Source of the DNA: Thermoflexales bacterium
GTDB lineage: Bacteria; Chloroflexota; Anaerolineae; J036; Brachytrichaceae
DNA length: 24,000 bases
Direction: 5' to 3'
Assembly: GCA_034434575.1 (NCBI GenBank)
Contig: DAOTYS010000169.1
Coordinates: forward strand, 1-24,000
In this document: positions 23,967 through 24,000 of the stretch, piece after piece
How the letters are laid out: each line of letters begins with the position of its first letter
Position numbering within the stretch: the stretch's first letter is position 1
The notes under the pieces: generated by a model
Databases searched by the model: none
The model's input: the letters and a program-made list of their open reading frames with translations, nothing else
What the model was told of the DNA's origin: nothing
Program-made: the position numbers and the translations under genes

Positions 23967-24000
23967 GTCCAGCGCCGCGTTGGCGCGCTCGTTGTCCCAC

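Overview
High-GC (roughly two-thirds G+C by eye) bacterial chromosomal window. It is densely coding and mostly transcribed on the minus strand. I recognised no rRNA, tRNA, CRISPR array, transposase or integrase. Left part is housekeeping: murJ (3'-partial and missing from the supplied ORF track), ruvA, ruvC and yebC, then an operon of two tandem SDR paralogs plus an orphan TPP-dependent E1-alpha subunit. The centre holds a ~2.9 kb lower-GC insertion (about 48-55% by eye) carrying a complete EcoRII/Dcm-type module with overlapping genes: a Dcm-like C5 methyltransferase with an unusual N-terminal ribbon-helix-helix-like extension, then an EcoRII-family endonuclease, then Vsr. Directly beside it is an 848-aa multidomain protein: basic disordered N-terminus, PHP phosphoesterase, AlbA_2/Schlafen-like domain, ~180-aa Gln/Pro-rich linker and an unplaced C-terminal domain. 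I cannot assign it to a described system, and it is my best candidate for something new, with the caveat that its composition looks native. Right part: a SpoU/TrmH methyltransferase, a three-subunit xanthine-dehydrogenase-family molybdoenzyme operon, an FmdB zinc ribbon, an S9 peptidase and a GtrA-like membrane protein. These are followed by two tandem COG0523 metallochaperone GTPases, preceded by a perfect AT-rich 7-1-7 palindrome (Fur-family, Zur-like box) and separated by 11 tandem heptanucleotide repeats. Upstream of those lie a SAM methyltransferase and a DsbA-like protein with a degenerate active site. Many long opposite-strand ORFs in the track are GC-driven shadow ORFs. All domain calls are by-eye motif recognition; no searches were run.
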